Under the pieces are notes generated by a model. That model was not told the origin of the DNA. It did no database searches and worked only from the letters and a program-made list of their open reading frames with translations. From Bacilli bacterium (lineage in GTDB: Bacteria; Bacillota_I; Bacilli_A; RF39; UBA660), in assembly GCA_030602345.1 (NCBI GenBank), contig JAUVZX010000001.1, positions 1,668 to 65,667 on the forward strand: a DNA stretch of 64,000 bases, written 5' to 3'. Shown here piece after piece: positions 30,638 to 39,860 of this stretch. Made by a program: the position numbers and the translations under genes. How positions within the stretch are numbered: position 1 is the first letter of the stretch; every line of letters begins with the position of its first letter.

Positions 30638-30662
30638 AAAAAAAGAAGTTTTATCTTCTTCT
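30638..30662 (-). terminator. Rho-independent terminator between the small hypothetical ORF and csoR
   Basis: AGAAG-ATAAAA-CTTCT hairpin followed by TTTTTTTG on the minus strand. Confidence 0.4.
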
Positions 30663-30872
30663 AATTAAGTCCATTCTCTTTTCTAAAGCAAATACTGCAT
30701 AATCATATTCATCATCGGTCATTACATATCTATATCTTCCTAAACCTTGTAATACGAATGAATATTCATCTGATATTGCATATTCTTCCTTTAATTCCAA
30801 AGGTATTCCATTGTAAGCACAATTTATATATAATTTAGCCATTTTTCTTGATTCTTCACTTTTTTTACTCAT
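30651..30872 (-). CDS. Hypothetical small acidic protein (about 74 aa)
   Basis: ORF with RBS AAAGAGAG 7 nt upstream of ATG (MSKKSEESRK...). The track's longer form begins at a TTG. Confidence 0.4.
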   Translation of the reverse strand: MSKKSEESRKMAKLYINCAYNGIPLELKEEYAISDEYSFVLQGLGRYRYVMTDDEYDYAVFALEKRMDLIRRR

Positions 30873-30961
30873 GCTATTCTCTCTTTCTTCACTAATCCAT
30901 AAAATCAACTGACTATTATTATAGTTGAATAATATTTTTTGTCAAACTAAAACTATAAAAA

Positions 30962-31207
30962 TTACTTCTTATAGCTTATTTCATAATGATTACTATCTTT
31001 TAAATATCTACCATCTACTAATAAATCAATAATTTTATTTATTTTATTAACCTCTTTAACTGAATTTAACTTTTGATATTCTTCTTTTAAATATAAATAT
31101 TCAATAATTAATTCCATTACTTTTTCTGTTGTATCCAAATAAATCGAAGGGACTAAAAAATCCCCTAATTCATCTTGAATTATTTCATCTTTAAACTCTA
31201 AACTCAT
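30962..31207 (-). CDS. Hypothetical small protein (about 81 aa)
   Basis: Start trimmed to an internal Met (MSLEFKDEI...) preceded by AAGAGGG. The track's N-terminal extension overlaps two tRNA genes and cannot be real. Confidence 0.4.
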   Translation of the reverse strand: MSLEFKDEIIQDELGDFLVPSIYLDTTEKVMELIIEYLYLKEEYQKLNSVKEVNKINKIIDLLVDGRYLKDSNHYEISYKK

Positions 31208-31310
31208 AAAACCCTCTTTACAAACCATATGAAACCCTAAATCATATGATACCTTTATAATTATAACATAAATTATAATAAAAAAAACTACATAATTGTA
31301 GCTATATTTA

Positions 31311-31384
31311 TGGTGCCGGATAACAGAGTTGAACTGTTCACTGACCCTTACCATGGGTCTGTTATGCCCCTTAACTAATCCGGC
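31311..31384 (-). tRNA. tRNA-Thr (anticodon GGT)
   Basis: Manual cloverleaf: acceptor GCCGGAT/ATCCGGC, anticodon stem GACCC/GGGTC, loop ATGGTAA, T arm AACAG-TTCAACT-CTGTT, discriminator A, then CCA. 74 nt. Confidence 0.85.
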
Positions 31385-31390
31385 AAATAG

Positions 31391-31467
31391 TGGCGTCCCC
31401 GATTGGATTTGAACCAACGCTCTAACCCTTAGGAGGGGCTTGTTTTATCCAGCTAAACTACGGGGAC
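31391..31467 (-). tRNA. tRNA-Arg (anticodon CCT)
   Basis: Manual cloverleaf: acceptor GTCCCCG/CGGGGAC, D stem GTTT/AAAC, anticodon stem AGCCC/GGGTT, loop CTCCTAA, T loop TTCAAAT, then GCCA. 77 nt. Confidence 0.85.
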
Positions 31468-31474
31468 ACTACTA

Positions 31475-31984
31475 TTATTTTATCATATTGATTAAAAAGA
31501 ATGCATATAAATTAACAGCATAACTAAATTCATATTTAAATTTATGACCAAATTCATAAATACTTATTACTGAGTCAGTCATATTAATAATCCAACTTTC
31601 TAAATATTTAGGAACTTGTAAATTTAAAGGAAACATATGCGTTAAAATAATATCAATTTCTTTATCATTTAAATCAAAATATAAAGATGCGTTATAAACT
31701 GCATCTTTTGGATGAGAGTTTGCAAATAATTTTATTTTTTTATAAAAGTTTTTATAGTCTTTAGTTCTATCTAAGTAAAAATCATGTAAAAGGCCTGCCC
31801 TTGCCACACTAATGTAATCTAGTTTAAGCTTTTTAGATATCTTATAAGCAATATAAGATACTTTTAAAGAATGCTCTAGACGATTAGAATTATGATGTTT
31901 AATATTCTCTATTTGACTGAAATTTTCGTTGTTTAAAATATCTCTAACTAATGTTAGATATTCTATATTAGTAATTGAATTCAC
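31475..31984 (-). CDS. HD-domain phosphohydrolase
   Basis: 169 aa. H...HD motif (RLEHSLKVSYIAY...GLLHDF). Confidence 0.6.
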   Translation of the reverse strand: MNSITNIEYLTLVRDILNNENFSQIENIKHHNSNRLEHSLKVSYIAYKISKKLKLDYISVARAGLLHDFYLDRTKDYKNFYKKIKLFANSHPKDAVYNASLYFDLNDKEIDIILTHMFPLNLQVPKYLESWIINMTDSVISIYEFGHKFKYEFSYAVNLYAFFLINMIK

Positions 31985-31986
31985 TT

Positions 31987-32391
31987 CTATTTATTCCCAA
32001 AGAATCTTTCTATCTCTATTTGGGCATTTTCAATAGAGTCTGATCCATGAATTAAGTTTTCACCAGTGAAATTACAATAATCTCCCCTGATTGTTCCTGG
32101 AAGAGCATCAAACCACTTAGTTGGTCCGATTAATATTCTCATTCCTTTTACTACTTCATTTCCTTCAACAATCATTCCCACTACTGGTCCTGATGTCATA
32201 AATTTAATTAATTCAGGAAAAACAGGATTATCTTTAATATGTGCATAATGTTCATGTAATACTTCTTCTGTTAAAGTAAACATCTTCATATCCACGATAT
32301 TATAACCTTTTTCTTCAATTCTTTTAATTATTTGTCCTACTAATTTTCTCTTAACCGCATCCGGTTTTAACATTATATATGTTTGTTCCAT
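31987..32391 (-). CDS. ndk: Nucleoside diphosphate kinase
   Basis: 134 aa, TYIMLKPDAV and NLIHGSDS motifs. Confidence 0.9.
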   Translation of the reverse strand: MEQTYIMLKPDAVKRKLVGQIIKRIEEKGYNIVDMKMFTLTEEVLHEHYAHIKDNPVFPELIKFMTSGPVVGMIVEGNEVVKGMRILIGPTKWFDALPGTIRGDYCNFTGENLIHGSDSIENAQIEIERFFGNK

Positions 32392-32420
32392 TTTAAATCA
32401 CCTCTACTATTATATCATAT

Positions 32421-33116
32421 TTAAAATAATTTTAAGAATATGTAATAAACTGCCGTCATTATAGCTCCTTGAAGACCTACATAATAAATGTAGCCATATT
32501 GTTCAATTATAAATTGTAAAGGATTACCTGCACCTACTCTTAACATCATAAAATCAGTTTCTAAATAACCATTTAGCATCATTGCCATTATGGCAAATAC
32601 AATAGTTACTACAATAGCATTTAGATAATCATTTTTCTTTTTAACATATTCTTTGCTCAATCTTAAATATAAGGCCATATATATTAAGAAGGCATGAAAG
32701 ATAAAGCTTAATAAATATAAAAAGTTTGCTTTGGCAAAAAAATCTATATTTACATCTCCTAGAATATTAGTAGGAATAAATATTGCAAGTAGTGCACCTG
32801 CTAAAACTCCTACATATGCAAATGGTTTTAGTTTTTCTTTAAATTTTGAATTAGAGAAAGCTATATAAGGAAATAAATATAATCCTATACTACAAAAGTG
32901 CATAGGTATAAATATTTCTGATAAAGATCCACTTTCTTTAAAAATATATAAAAATTTAGTTAATTCTAAACCAATTAATATTAAAGAACTAATCTTTAAT
33001 ATTTTGATGCGATGAACTTTTTTTAAAAACACTAAACTTATAATTAATAATATTAAAATTAAGAACGACGAGAACATTAAAGCCATTAAATGCTTTTCAC
33101 TAAAAATATTTTCCAT
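32421..33116 (-). CDS. YwaF/TIGR02206-like integral membrane protein (hypothetical)
   Basis: 231 aa, about 7 TM helices. Confidence 0.35.
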   Translation of the reverse strand: MENIFSEKHLMALMFSSFLILILLIISLVFLKKVHRIKILKISSLILIGLELTKFLYIFKESGSLSEIFIPMHFCSIGLYLFPYIAFSNSKFKEKLKPFAYVGVLAGALLAIFIPTNILGDVNIDFFAKANFLYLLSFIFHAFLIYMALYLRLSKEYVKKKNDYLNAIVVTIVFAIMAMMLNGYLETDFMMLRVGAGNPLQFIIEQYGYIYYVGLQGAIMTAVYYIFLKLF

Positions 33117-33139
33117 AAACCTACCTTATTTTTTTCATT

Positions 33140-33225
33140 TGGTGCGAGAGACGGGACTTGAACCCGCATAGCATTACACCACAAGCCCCTCAAGCTTGCG
33201 CGTCTACCAATTTCGCCACCCTCGC
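33140..33225 (-). tRNA. tRNA-Leu (anticodon GAG), long variable arm
   Basis: Manual fold: acceptor GCGAGGG/CTCTCGC, anticodon stem CAAGC/GCTTG, loop TTGAGGG, extended variable arm, T arm CGGGTTCAAGTCCCG, then ACCA. 86 nt. Confidence 0.85.
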
Positions 33226-33235
33226 GGAAAAAGGC

Positions 33236-34537
33236 TTAATCTTTTAAAGCCTTAAACATTTTTTTCCATATTCCTGTATTTGAATAGTTTAAAATACCTA
33301 CTTTATAAACTTTTAAACCATATTTAATTAATATATATAATAATCCAATCATCAATAAAATGGAAATTAAAACATCAACTATACTAACATAACCCATCAA
33401 TAATAATGATGGTGATAAAATTGCAGAAATAAATGGTATATAAGATACAGCTTTAATTAAAACTGATCCTTGGAATAAAGGTGCTAATATTGCTAAATAA
33501 TAGCCCACTACAGAGATTAAAACAACTGGTGTTTGTACTTGTTGAAAATCTTCTATATTAGTTGTCATAGAAGCTAAAATACCTGCACTAAGCGCATATG
33601 CAATAAAAGTAAGAATCATTAAGATTAGAGTGAATGGTATTACATAAATTAATTGATTCATTATTTCAGGACTAAATGCCTCTTTCAAGAAAGGACTAAT
33701 GACTTCTAGTAAATTATCTTTACTAACTATATTTCTTACTAACATGGCAATACCACCATAGATTAATAGCAATAGTCCTTGTGATAAAACAAATAAATTA
33801 CCTGCTAACACTTTAGAAAAGAAATGATATTCAGGAGAAACATTAGAGATAATAATCTCCATACTTCTTGTTGATTTTTCATCATTAACTTCTGCTCCAA
33901 TCATTTGTATTAATAAAATAGAAAGCATGAAAAACGGTAATATAACAGCTGGAAAAACAGTCATCATAATCGATTCCATCATTTCATCAGTTGTCTTCTT
34001 AGATTCATCTAATAATTCTCTTTCAATTTTAGGAGCAGCTAATAATAAAGCTAAATCTTCAGGATCAATATTAGTTTGCATCATAGCAATTGCATTTTTA
34101 GTTTCTGTTAAATAACTAGTTAAAGCTATATTATCTAAAGTACTCAATTTAGAATGAGTAATTATCTTCACTGAAAGAACACTTGAATCATCATAATCAA
34201 AAATAAGTCCAATAATACTTTCATCTTCTTCTAAAGATGATCTTAAATCTTCTTCATTTTCTTTAATCACTATTTCATATTCAACATCAACACCGGGAAT
34301 TATAGAAGATGAAGATATCGTCTTAAAAATATCATTAGCAACATCAGTTTTATCATAAACTAATACTACTTGCTTATCTTCAAAGTCTCCTCCAAAATAT
34401 TTAATAATAGTATCAATATTTGAAATAGTAATGATTGATAAGAACAACAAAACGTTTACTGCTAAAAACCACTTAGTCCAAACTTTTCTTTTAAAACTAA
34501 TCTTTGTTAAATACCAAAATTTATTCATAAGATTCAC
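33236..34537 (-). CDS. ABC-2 family transporter permease
   Basis: 433 aa. N-terminal TM, a large extracytoplasmic segment, then 5-6 C-terminal TM helices. Translationally coupled to the upstream ATPase. Confidence 0.6.
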   Translation of the reverse strand: MNLMNKFWYLTKISFKRKVWTKWFLAVNVLLFLSIITISNIDTIIKYFGGDFEDKQVVLVYDKTDVANDIFKTISSSSIIPGVDVEYEIVIKENEEDLRSSLEEDESIIGLIFDYDDSSVLSVKIITHSKLSTLDNIALTSYLTETKNAIAMMQTNIDPEDLALLLAAPKIERELLDESKKTTDEMMESIMMTVFPAVILPFFMLSILLIQMIGAEVNDEKSTRSMEIIISNVSPEYHFFSKVLAGNLFVLSQGLLLLIYGGIAMLVRNIVSKDNLLEVISPFLKEAFSPEIMNQLIYVIPFTLILMILTFIAYALSAGILASMTTNIEDFQQVQTPVVLISVVGYYLAILAPLFQGSVLIKAVSYIPFISAILSPSLLLMGYVSIVDVLISILLMIGLLYILIKYGLKVYKVGILNYSNTGIWKKMFKALKD

Positions 34538-35426
34538 CTACTTTTGCAATAAATATTTCATTTAGTGATGGTTCTTCAACTTTAAACATCGTAATATTCT
34601 TCATCTTAGAAACTTCTTTAAATATACTATTTACATAATCATCACTTAATATTTTAACAATATAATGACTATTTTCCTTTTCGACCGAGACAACACCATC
34701 TAATTTAGATAACTTATCTAAATCAACATCTCCCTTAATGAGTAAGTTTTTCTTACCATAGTCTTTCTTTATTTGAACTAAAGATCCATCTAAAACACTA
34801 TGACCTTTTTTAATAATAACTAACTTCTCACAAAATTGTTCAACGTGTTCCATTCTGTGTGAAGAAAAAATAATCATACTTCCCTTTTTAGACATCTCTT
34901 TTATTTCATCTTCAAACATCTTAACATTAATTGGATCCAAACCTGAAAAGGGTTCATCTAAAATTAATAATGATGGTTCGTTAATAATAGCATTAATAAA
35001 CTGGATCTTTTGTTGATTACCTTTTGATAATTCTTTAATTTTTCTATTTTTATAATCTTTAATCTGAAATTTATCTAATAAATAATCTAGTCTTTCAATA
35101 ATTAAATCTTTATCCATTCCTTTTAAAGCTCCATAAAATAATGTCTGCTCTAAAACCGTCATCTTTAAAAGTAAACTTCTTTCTTCAGTAAGAAAACCTA
35201 TTTTATCTGTAATGGAATAATCAATTTTATCACCATCTAATGTAATTTTACCTGAGTCTGGAGTTAACAGACCCATAATCATTCTAAAAGTGGTTGTTTT
35301 ACCACTTCCATTTACTCCAAGTAAACCGAATATTTCTCCTGGTGCTACACTAAAAGATAAATTATCTACAGCTTTTATCTTTCCATAATTTTTACTAACA
35401 TTATCTACTTTTAACATTATAACCAC
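34521..35426 (-). CDS. ABC transporter ATP-binding protein
   Basis: Walker A GVNGSGKTT, signature LSKGNQQKIQ, Walker B ILDEPFSGLD. Confidence 0.85.
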   Translation of the reverse strand: MVIMLKVDNVSKNYGKIKAVDNLSFSVAPGEIFGLLGVNGSGKTTTFRMIMGLLTPDSGKITLDGDKIDYSITDKIGFLTEERSLLLKMTVLEQTLFYGALKGMDKDLIIERLDYLLDKFQIKDYKNRKIKELSKGNQQKIQFINAIINEPSLLILDEPFSGLDPINVKMFEDEIKEMSKKGSMIIFSSHRMEHVEQFCEKLVIIKKGHSVLDGSLVQIKKDYGKKNLLIKGDVDLDKLSKLDGVVSVEKENSHYIVKILSDDYVNSIFKEVSKMKNITMFKVEEPSLNEIFIAKVGESYE

Positions 35427-35722
35427 CTCGCAATCGTTACTTGAAGAGCAGTTTGCTCTTCGAATGTCTCATATATATCAAATACTCTTTCCATTGAAAA
35501 CTCAGTATTTAATAATTCGTCTAAATTAATTCTTTTGAATAGTTTTTTATCAGTAATATATTTATAAATTATTTTATCCAATTTGTCTAAATAAACAAAA
35601 TCGATATCTTCTTTAACAATATATTCTTTATAAGCATTTATTATATTATGAGTAATAACATCTTTAAGATCGTAATTGTAATCCATAATCTGCTCATGAT
35701 GAGCACTTAAACCTGTATTCAT
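35417..35722 (-). CDS. Hypothetical protein (101 aa)
   Basis: ORF tightly packed between rseP and the ABC ATPase. No recognisable motif. Confidence 0.3.
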   Translation of the reverse strand: MNTGLSAHHEQIMDYNYDLKDVITHNIINAYKEYIVKEDIDFVYLDKLDKIIYKYITDKKLFKRINLDELLNTEFSMERVFDIYETFEEQTALQVTIARWL

Positions 35723-36744
35723 TAACTACCTAACCTCGCTATATCATTAAATGTAACTAAAATCATTAATCCCATCAATAAGATTAAACCAATCGCATGA
35801 ATAGAAGCTTCTATCTCATGTGAAACTTTTTTCTTAAATATTTTTTCAATTAATAAGAAGACTAATCTACCTCCATCAAATGCAGGGATTGGTAATATAT
35901 TAATAAAACCTATATTAATATTAATAACTGCCGTTAAATATAAAAGAGTAATAATACCATAACTAGCTGCTTGTCCAACAATAGAATATATTCCTACTGG
36001 CCCAGATAAAGCACCTAACTTCATTTGTCCTGTTACTAAGTAAAAGATAACTAAAATCATTTGATGAATTAAAGCAAAGAATTGAGTAAATCCAAAGACA
36101 ATAGTAGCAATTATTCCAGACTTTGATTCTGTATCAATGCTAAAACCAAATTTTTGATTTTCTTCATCAATAGTAGCATTGAACACTTTTTCTTCGCCAG
36201 ACTCAGAAATTAAAACTATTTCAAAGTCTCCTTCTGTTTTTCTGCTTAATTCTAACATTAAATGATCATAACTTCTTATTTTAACACCATTTACTGAGTA
36301 AAAAACATCATTGACTTCTACATTATTATTGTATGCTTGACTACCTTCAGCTATATGAGCCACAAAAGGAGTCATCCCTCTTGGTCCTGAAAAAATACCA
36401 ATTATCCAAAATAGAACAATTGCTAACATAAAGTTAAATATTACTCCTGCAACTACCGTTAATACTCTTTCTAACCATGTTCTATTAGTAAATTTAGCAT
36501 CTTCAGGAATTGAAGGATCATCTTGTCTTCCTTCACCCGCCATGTCAACAAAACCACCAATTGGAAATAGACGAATCGAATAAATCGTTTCATCATTTTT
36601 TCTCTTAAATTTAAATATTCTAGGACCCATTCCTAAAGCAAACTCATAAACATGTATTTTAGCTCTTTTAGCAAAAATAAAATGTCCAAGTTCATGAATA
36701 AAAATAGTGACTCCTAATACTAGTAATAAATATATTGCTGTCAT
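35722..36744 (-). CDS. rseP: RIP metalloprotease RseP (site-2 protease, M50 family)
   Basis: HELGHF zinc motif at the N-terminus, a PDZ-containing middle part, C-terminal TM helices. Adjacent to cdsA as in many bacteria. Confidence 0.8.
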   Translation of the reverse strand: MTAIYLLLVLGVTIFIHELGHFIFAKRAKIHVYEFALGMGPRIFKFKRKNDETIYSIRLFPIGGFVDMAGEGRQDDPSIPEDAKFTNRTWLERVLTVVAGVIFNFMLAIVLFWIIGIFSGPRGMTPFVAHIAEGSQAYNNNVEVNDVFYSVNGVKIRSYDHLMLELSRKTEGDFEIVLISESGEEKVFNATIDEENQKFGFSIDTESKSGIIATIVFGFTQFFALIHQMILVIFYLVTGQMKLGALSGPVGIYSIVGQAASYGIITLLYLTAVININIGFINILPIPAFDGGRLVFLLIEKIFKKKVSHEIEASIHAIGLILLMGLMILVTFNDIARLGS

Positions 36745-36753
36745 AATTCTCCT

Positions 36754-37563
36754 TTAAATAAAATTCATGATTAAAGTATAGGCAAGAAGGATAAATAAAA
36801 TACTATCAAATCTGTCTAATACTCCACCATGCCCTGGTAATAAATTAGAAAAGTCTTTCACGCCATAATACCTCTTAAACGAAGACATGATTAAGTCTCC
36901 TATTTGACCAATTATAGATAAAAATAAAGTTAATACAATAATATCAAAAAGAGGAATTGAACCATTAATAATAGTCATATAATATGCTACCCCAACCGAT
37001 ACTCCAACTATTGTACCTCCTATTAAACCTTCAATTGTTTTTTTAGGAGATATCAAAGGAATTAACTTGTTCTTACCAAGTAACATTCCCGTTAAATAAG
37101 CATAAGTATCTGTTATCATAGCAATTAATATTAAATAAATCATAATATTTAGTGAATATGCACGAACTGATAACAATAAATTAAATACTACTCCTAAAAA
37201 TGATAATACTCCAATCATAAAAAAGGAATCATTAATACTATATTCATCATTCTTATAAAAAATAACCGGTAAAACTAACCCCAATATAATCGAAGCAAAA
37301 ATACGATAATCAATAGTAAAATCCAGATTACCAAATATTAAAAAAGTTAATAATACATAAGATATAAATTTAATAAATGGTTTGATCTTAGTTTTTTTCT
37401 CCCTTACTCTTAATAATTCATTTAATCCTAACAAAGAAATTAAATAAACAAACAAAGTAAAATATATACCACCAAGTAATAAACTAGGTATAAAGATAGC
37501 TAAATATACACTACCAAAAATAATTCTCTTTTTCATAAATCCTCTTATACAATTATAATACAA
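36754..37563 (-). CDS. cdsA: Phosphatidate cytidylyltransferase
   Basis: 269 aa polytopic membrane protein with the C-terminal CdsA signature region (SxxKRxxGVKDxSxxLPGHGGxLDRxDS). Confidence 0.8.
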   Translation of the reverse strand: MYYNCIRGFMKKRIIFGSVYLAIFIPSLLLGGIYFTLFVYLISLLGLNELLRVREKKTKIKPFIKFISYVLLTFLIFGNLDFTIDYRIFASIILGLVLPVIFYKNDEYSINDSFFMIGVLSFLGVVFNLLLSVRAYSLNIMIYLILIAMITDTYAYLTGMLLGKNKLIPLISPKKTIEGLIGGTIVGVSVGVAYYMTIINGSIPLFDIIVLTLFLSIIGQIGDLIMSSFKRYYGVKDFSNLLPGHGGVLDRFDSILFILLAYTLIMNFI

Positions 37564-37606
37564 ATCACCATTTTAGTAAACCAAAAGAAAAAGAGCATTT
37601 GCTCTT

Positions 37607-39511
37607 TTACCAATTTAATAATTGATCTTTAGTTAGCGCGGTAAATAATACTTCATTATCACCATAAGACCTACCATAAGCATGGAAAGTTCCATCACTT
37701 GTTATCACAAAGTACCATGGAGTTGAGTCTGTTCCTTCGTAATAATCAATAGTATTAATATTATTTAAATTCATTACTCTATAATATAACATTCCATAAG
37801 CGAAAATTGATTGATAATCTACAAAATAACGTCCGAAAGCTTCTTCAGTTAAAGTCATTACTAACATCATTTCTTCTCCAGTTAAACCTCCAAAACAATT
37901 AGCTACTATCTCTTCATTGCTTTGCTGAGTTAAGGCACACCTACCATAAGGTTCATACGCTTCGTGTTCAACAGGAAATCCCAATCCATTTTCCTGAATA
38001 TCCATCATGGCAGTCATAAATAAACTCTCTAAACTATTAAAATCAAAAGCCATTCCACTAATAATCATCGCATTATTAGAGTCCAATGTAATACCAATTA
38101 ATGACTTCTTATAATCATTGTCTGGAATTGGATTCATACTAGTTGAAATATTATAATGGCCTCTGTTTACAAAAAGATTTTTAATTCCTTCTTGAACAAC
38201 TTTAGTAGGAATATTATTCAACTCATCCCAATAAAATAATTGCCCGTTTGTTTTCAAACCATAATATAAAGGTTGGCTTCTTCCTAACACCGTATTTTCT
38301 ACTTTTTGAATGTCTTTTATACCATTCAAGGTTGCATTAGCAACTGGCGTATTATAGTATACTTGTGAACTTGGTAAGCCAAGTTGTCCTAAGTTGTTAT
38401 GTCCCCATACCATTACTGTTCCATTTTCTAAAACTGCATATGTACTAGCAATAAATGAATGAGGCCCTCCTTCAAATCCATCCCTTGCTGAAAAAGTAAA
38501 TATATCTCTAACGTTATTTAATCCTGGAATTAACTTAGGTGAATTCGCATAATTGTAAGTCCCTGTAACTAAACTGGTGTTTGTATGAGTATAATCTGCT
38601 GCTGCACCACCTATATTAGCACCCCATGCCATAACTGTTCCATTTTCTAAAATTGCATATGCAGATGTTTCACTAATTACTAGTTTTCTAACATTAGTTA
38701 ACCCAGGTATTGTTGTTAACGGTTCTGATGTATTTGAACTCTCGTAACCAATTAGATTAACTAATGTATATGCACCAGTAACTCCTCCAGATGATCCTTG
38801 TGACATTACTGTTCCGTCATTCATAAGATAAAATCTAGTACCACTGTGTACGTTTAGGTAATTGAAATCTCTAACACCTGTATTTAATAAAGTTGCATTT
38901 AATGTATCATAATTTAATTGATATAAGTTTCCATCTTTTGTTAAAACATAAATATTTTGAGCATTATATGGATATACGTCTTTAACATTAGCAATTGCTA
39001 TTTCTTGCCAAGCGCTAGTTGAAAAAGATTGCATATTTTTCTTAATAAATAATTCACCTGACTTCGAAACTAGCATGCCGAAGTTCCCCATCCAACTATA
39101 AGAAGATTTATATATTGCAAATCCTATTCCGTCTGCTTCGCAATCATCGCCATTTTCACTAACTATGACTTCGATAGAGTCATAATCTTTTATATAACAT
39201 CTGTCGTTATATACTGCAGCAACATAAATATTTTGATCTTCTCTAACCATTATTACTGCACTGTCTGGTCTTTTTCCATTTATATTAACAAATTCATATA
39301 TATTTGTTTCAAATGGAAATTCACCATCGCCTGTTATTTCTTGTAAGAAATACTCTTCGCCTGCTTTAACTAAATTTCTTACACTCGCGATATCTGCTCT
39401 TCTAGCAGCTTCATCGATCATTCTTAGTGCATTTGGTACTGTTATTAATGCTATTATTGCTAACACTACCATCACTACTAATAATTCGATTAATGTAAAA
39501 CCTTTTTTCAT
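37607..39511 (-). CDS. Prepilin-type N-terminal cleavage/methylation domain protein fused to RCC1-like repeat (beta-propeller) region; orphan pseudopilin-like protein
   Basis: MKKGFTLIELLVVMVVLAIIALI is a class III signal with the G|FTLIE prepilin peptidase site. Downstream there are repeated GTVMAWG, GTVMVWGHNNLGQLG and LKTNGQLFYWD RCC1-type repeats. 634 aa. Own promoter region and RBS AGGGGGA. Confidence 0.6.
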   Translation of the reverse strand: MKKGFTLIELLVVMVVLAIIALITVPNALRMIDEAARRADIASVRNLVKAGEEYFLQEITGDGEFPFETNIYEFVNINGKRPDSAVIMVREDQNIYVAAVYNDRCYIKDYDSIEVIVSENGDDCEADGIGFAIYKSSYSWMGNFGMLVSKSGELFIKKNMQSFSTSAWQEIAIANVKDVYPYNAQNIYVLTKDGNLYQLNYDTLNATLLNTGVRDFNYLNVHSGTRFYLMNDGTVMSQGSSGGVTGAYTLVNLIGYESSNTSEPLTTIPGLTNVRKLVISETSAYAILENGTVMAWGANIGGAAADYTHTNTSLVTGTYNYANSPKLIPGLNNVRDIFTFSARDGFEGGPHSFIASTYAVLENGTVMVWGHNNLGQLGLPSSQVYYNTPVANATLNGIKDIQKVENTVLGRSQPLYYGLKTNGQLFYWDELNNIPTKVVQEGIKNLFVNRGHYNISTSMNPIPDNDYKKSLIGITLDSNNAMIISGMAFDFNSLESLFMTAMMDIQENGLGFPVEHEAYEPYGRCALTQQSNEEIVANCFGGLTGEEMMLVMTLTEEAFGRYFVDYQSIFAYGMLYYRVMNLNNINTIDYYEGTDSTPWYFVITSDGTFHAYGRSYGDNEVLFTALTKDQLLNW

Positions 39512-39593
39512 TTAGTCCCCCTATTATTACAATAATACATTATTTTTTATTATATCTCAAGGTAATTAAGATTTTCGTGCTTTAATTTTGTAA

Positions 39594-39617
39594 ACAAAAA
39601 AAGAAGCCTGAGCTTCT
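39594..39617 (-). terminator. Rho-independent terminator after the KH-domain gene
   Basis: AGAAGC-CTGA-GCTTCT hairpin followed by a run of 7 T on the minus strand. Confidence 0.5.
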
Positions 39618-39858
39618 AAAATGAATCAATATTGATTCTAACACGATGTAAATTATGAGCATATGCAGCAGCTTGTACTAAAGTTCTAATTGAATTTATT
39701 ACATTACCACCTTTACCAATAACTAAACCCATGTCATCTTTACTGACTAATACTTGTATTAGTATTTGTTCTTCATCATCAAATTGTTTAACTGATACTA
39801 AATCTGGTTCTTTTACTACTTGTTTAACTAAAAAATCAGTTAATTGTACTAAATCCAT
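39616..39858 (-). CDS. KH-domain RNA-binding protein (YlqC/UPF0109 family)
   Basis: 80 aa, VIGKGGNVINSIRTL KH motif. Follows rpsP as in Bacillus. Confidence 0.7.
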   Translation of the reverse strand: MDLVQLTDFLVKQVVKEPDLVSVKQFDDEEQILIQVLVSKDDMGLVIGKGGNVINSIRTLVQAAAYAHNLHRVRINIDSF

Positions 39859-39860
39859 AA

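Noticed and set aside
31208-31417. N-terminal 70 codons of the 151-aa track ORF 30962-31417
   Set aside because: This part overlaps tRNA-Thr (31311-31384) and tRNA-Arg (31391-31467) on the same strand. Only the C-terminal portion from an internal RBS-preceded ATG is credible.
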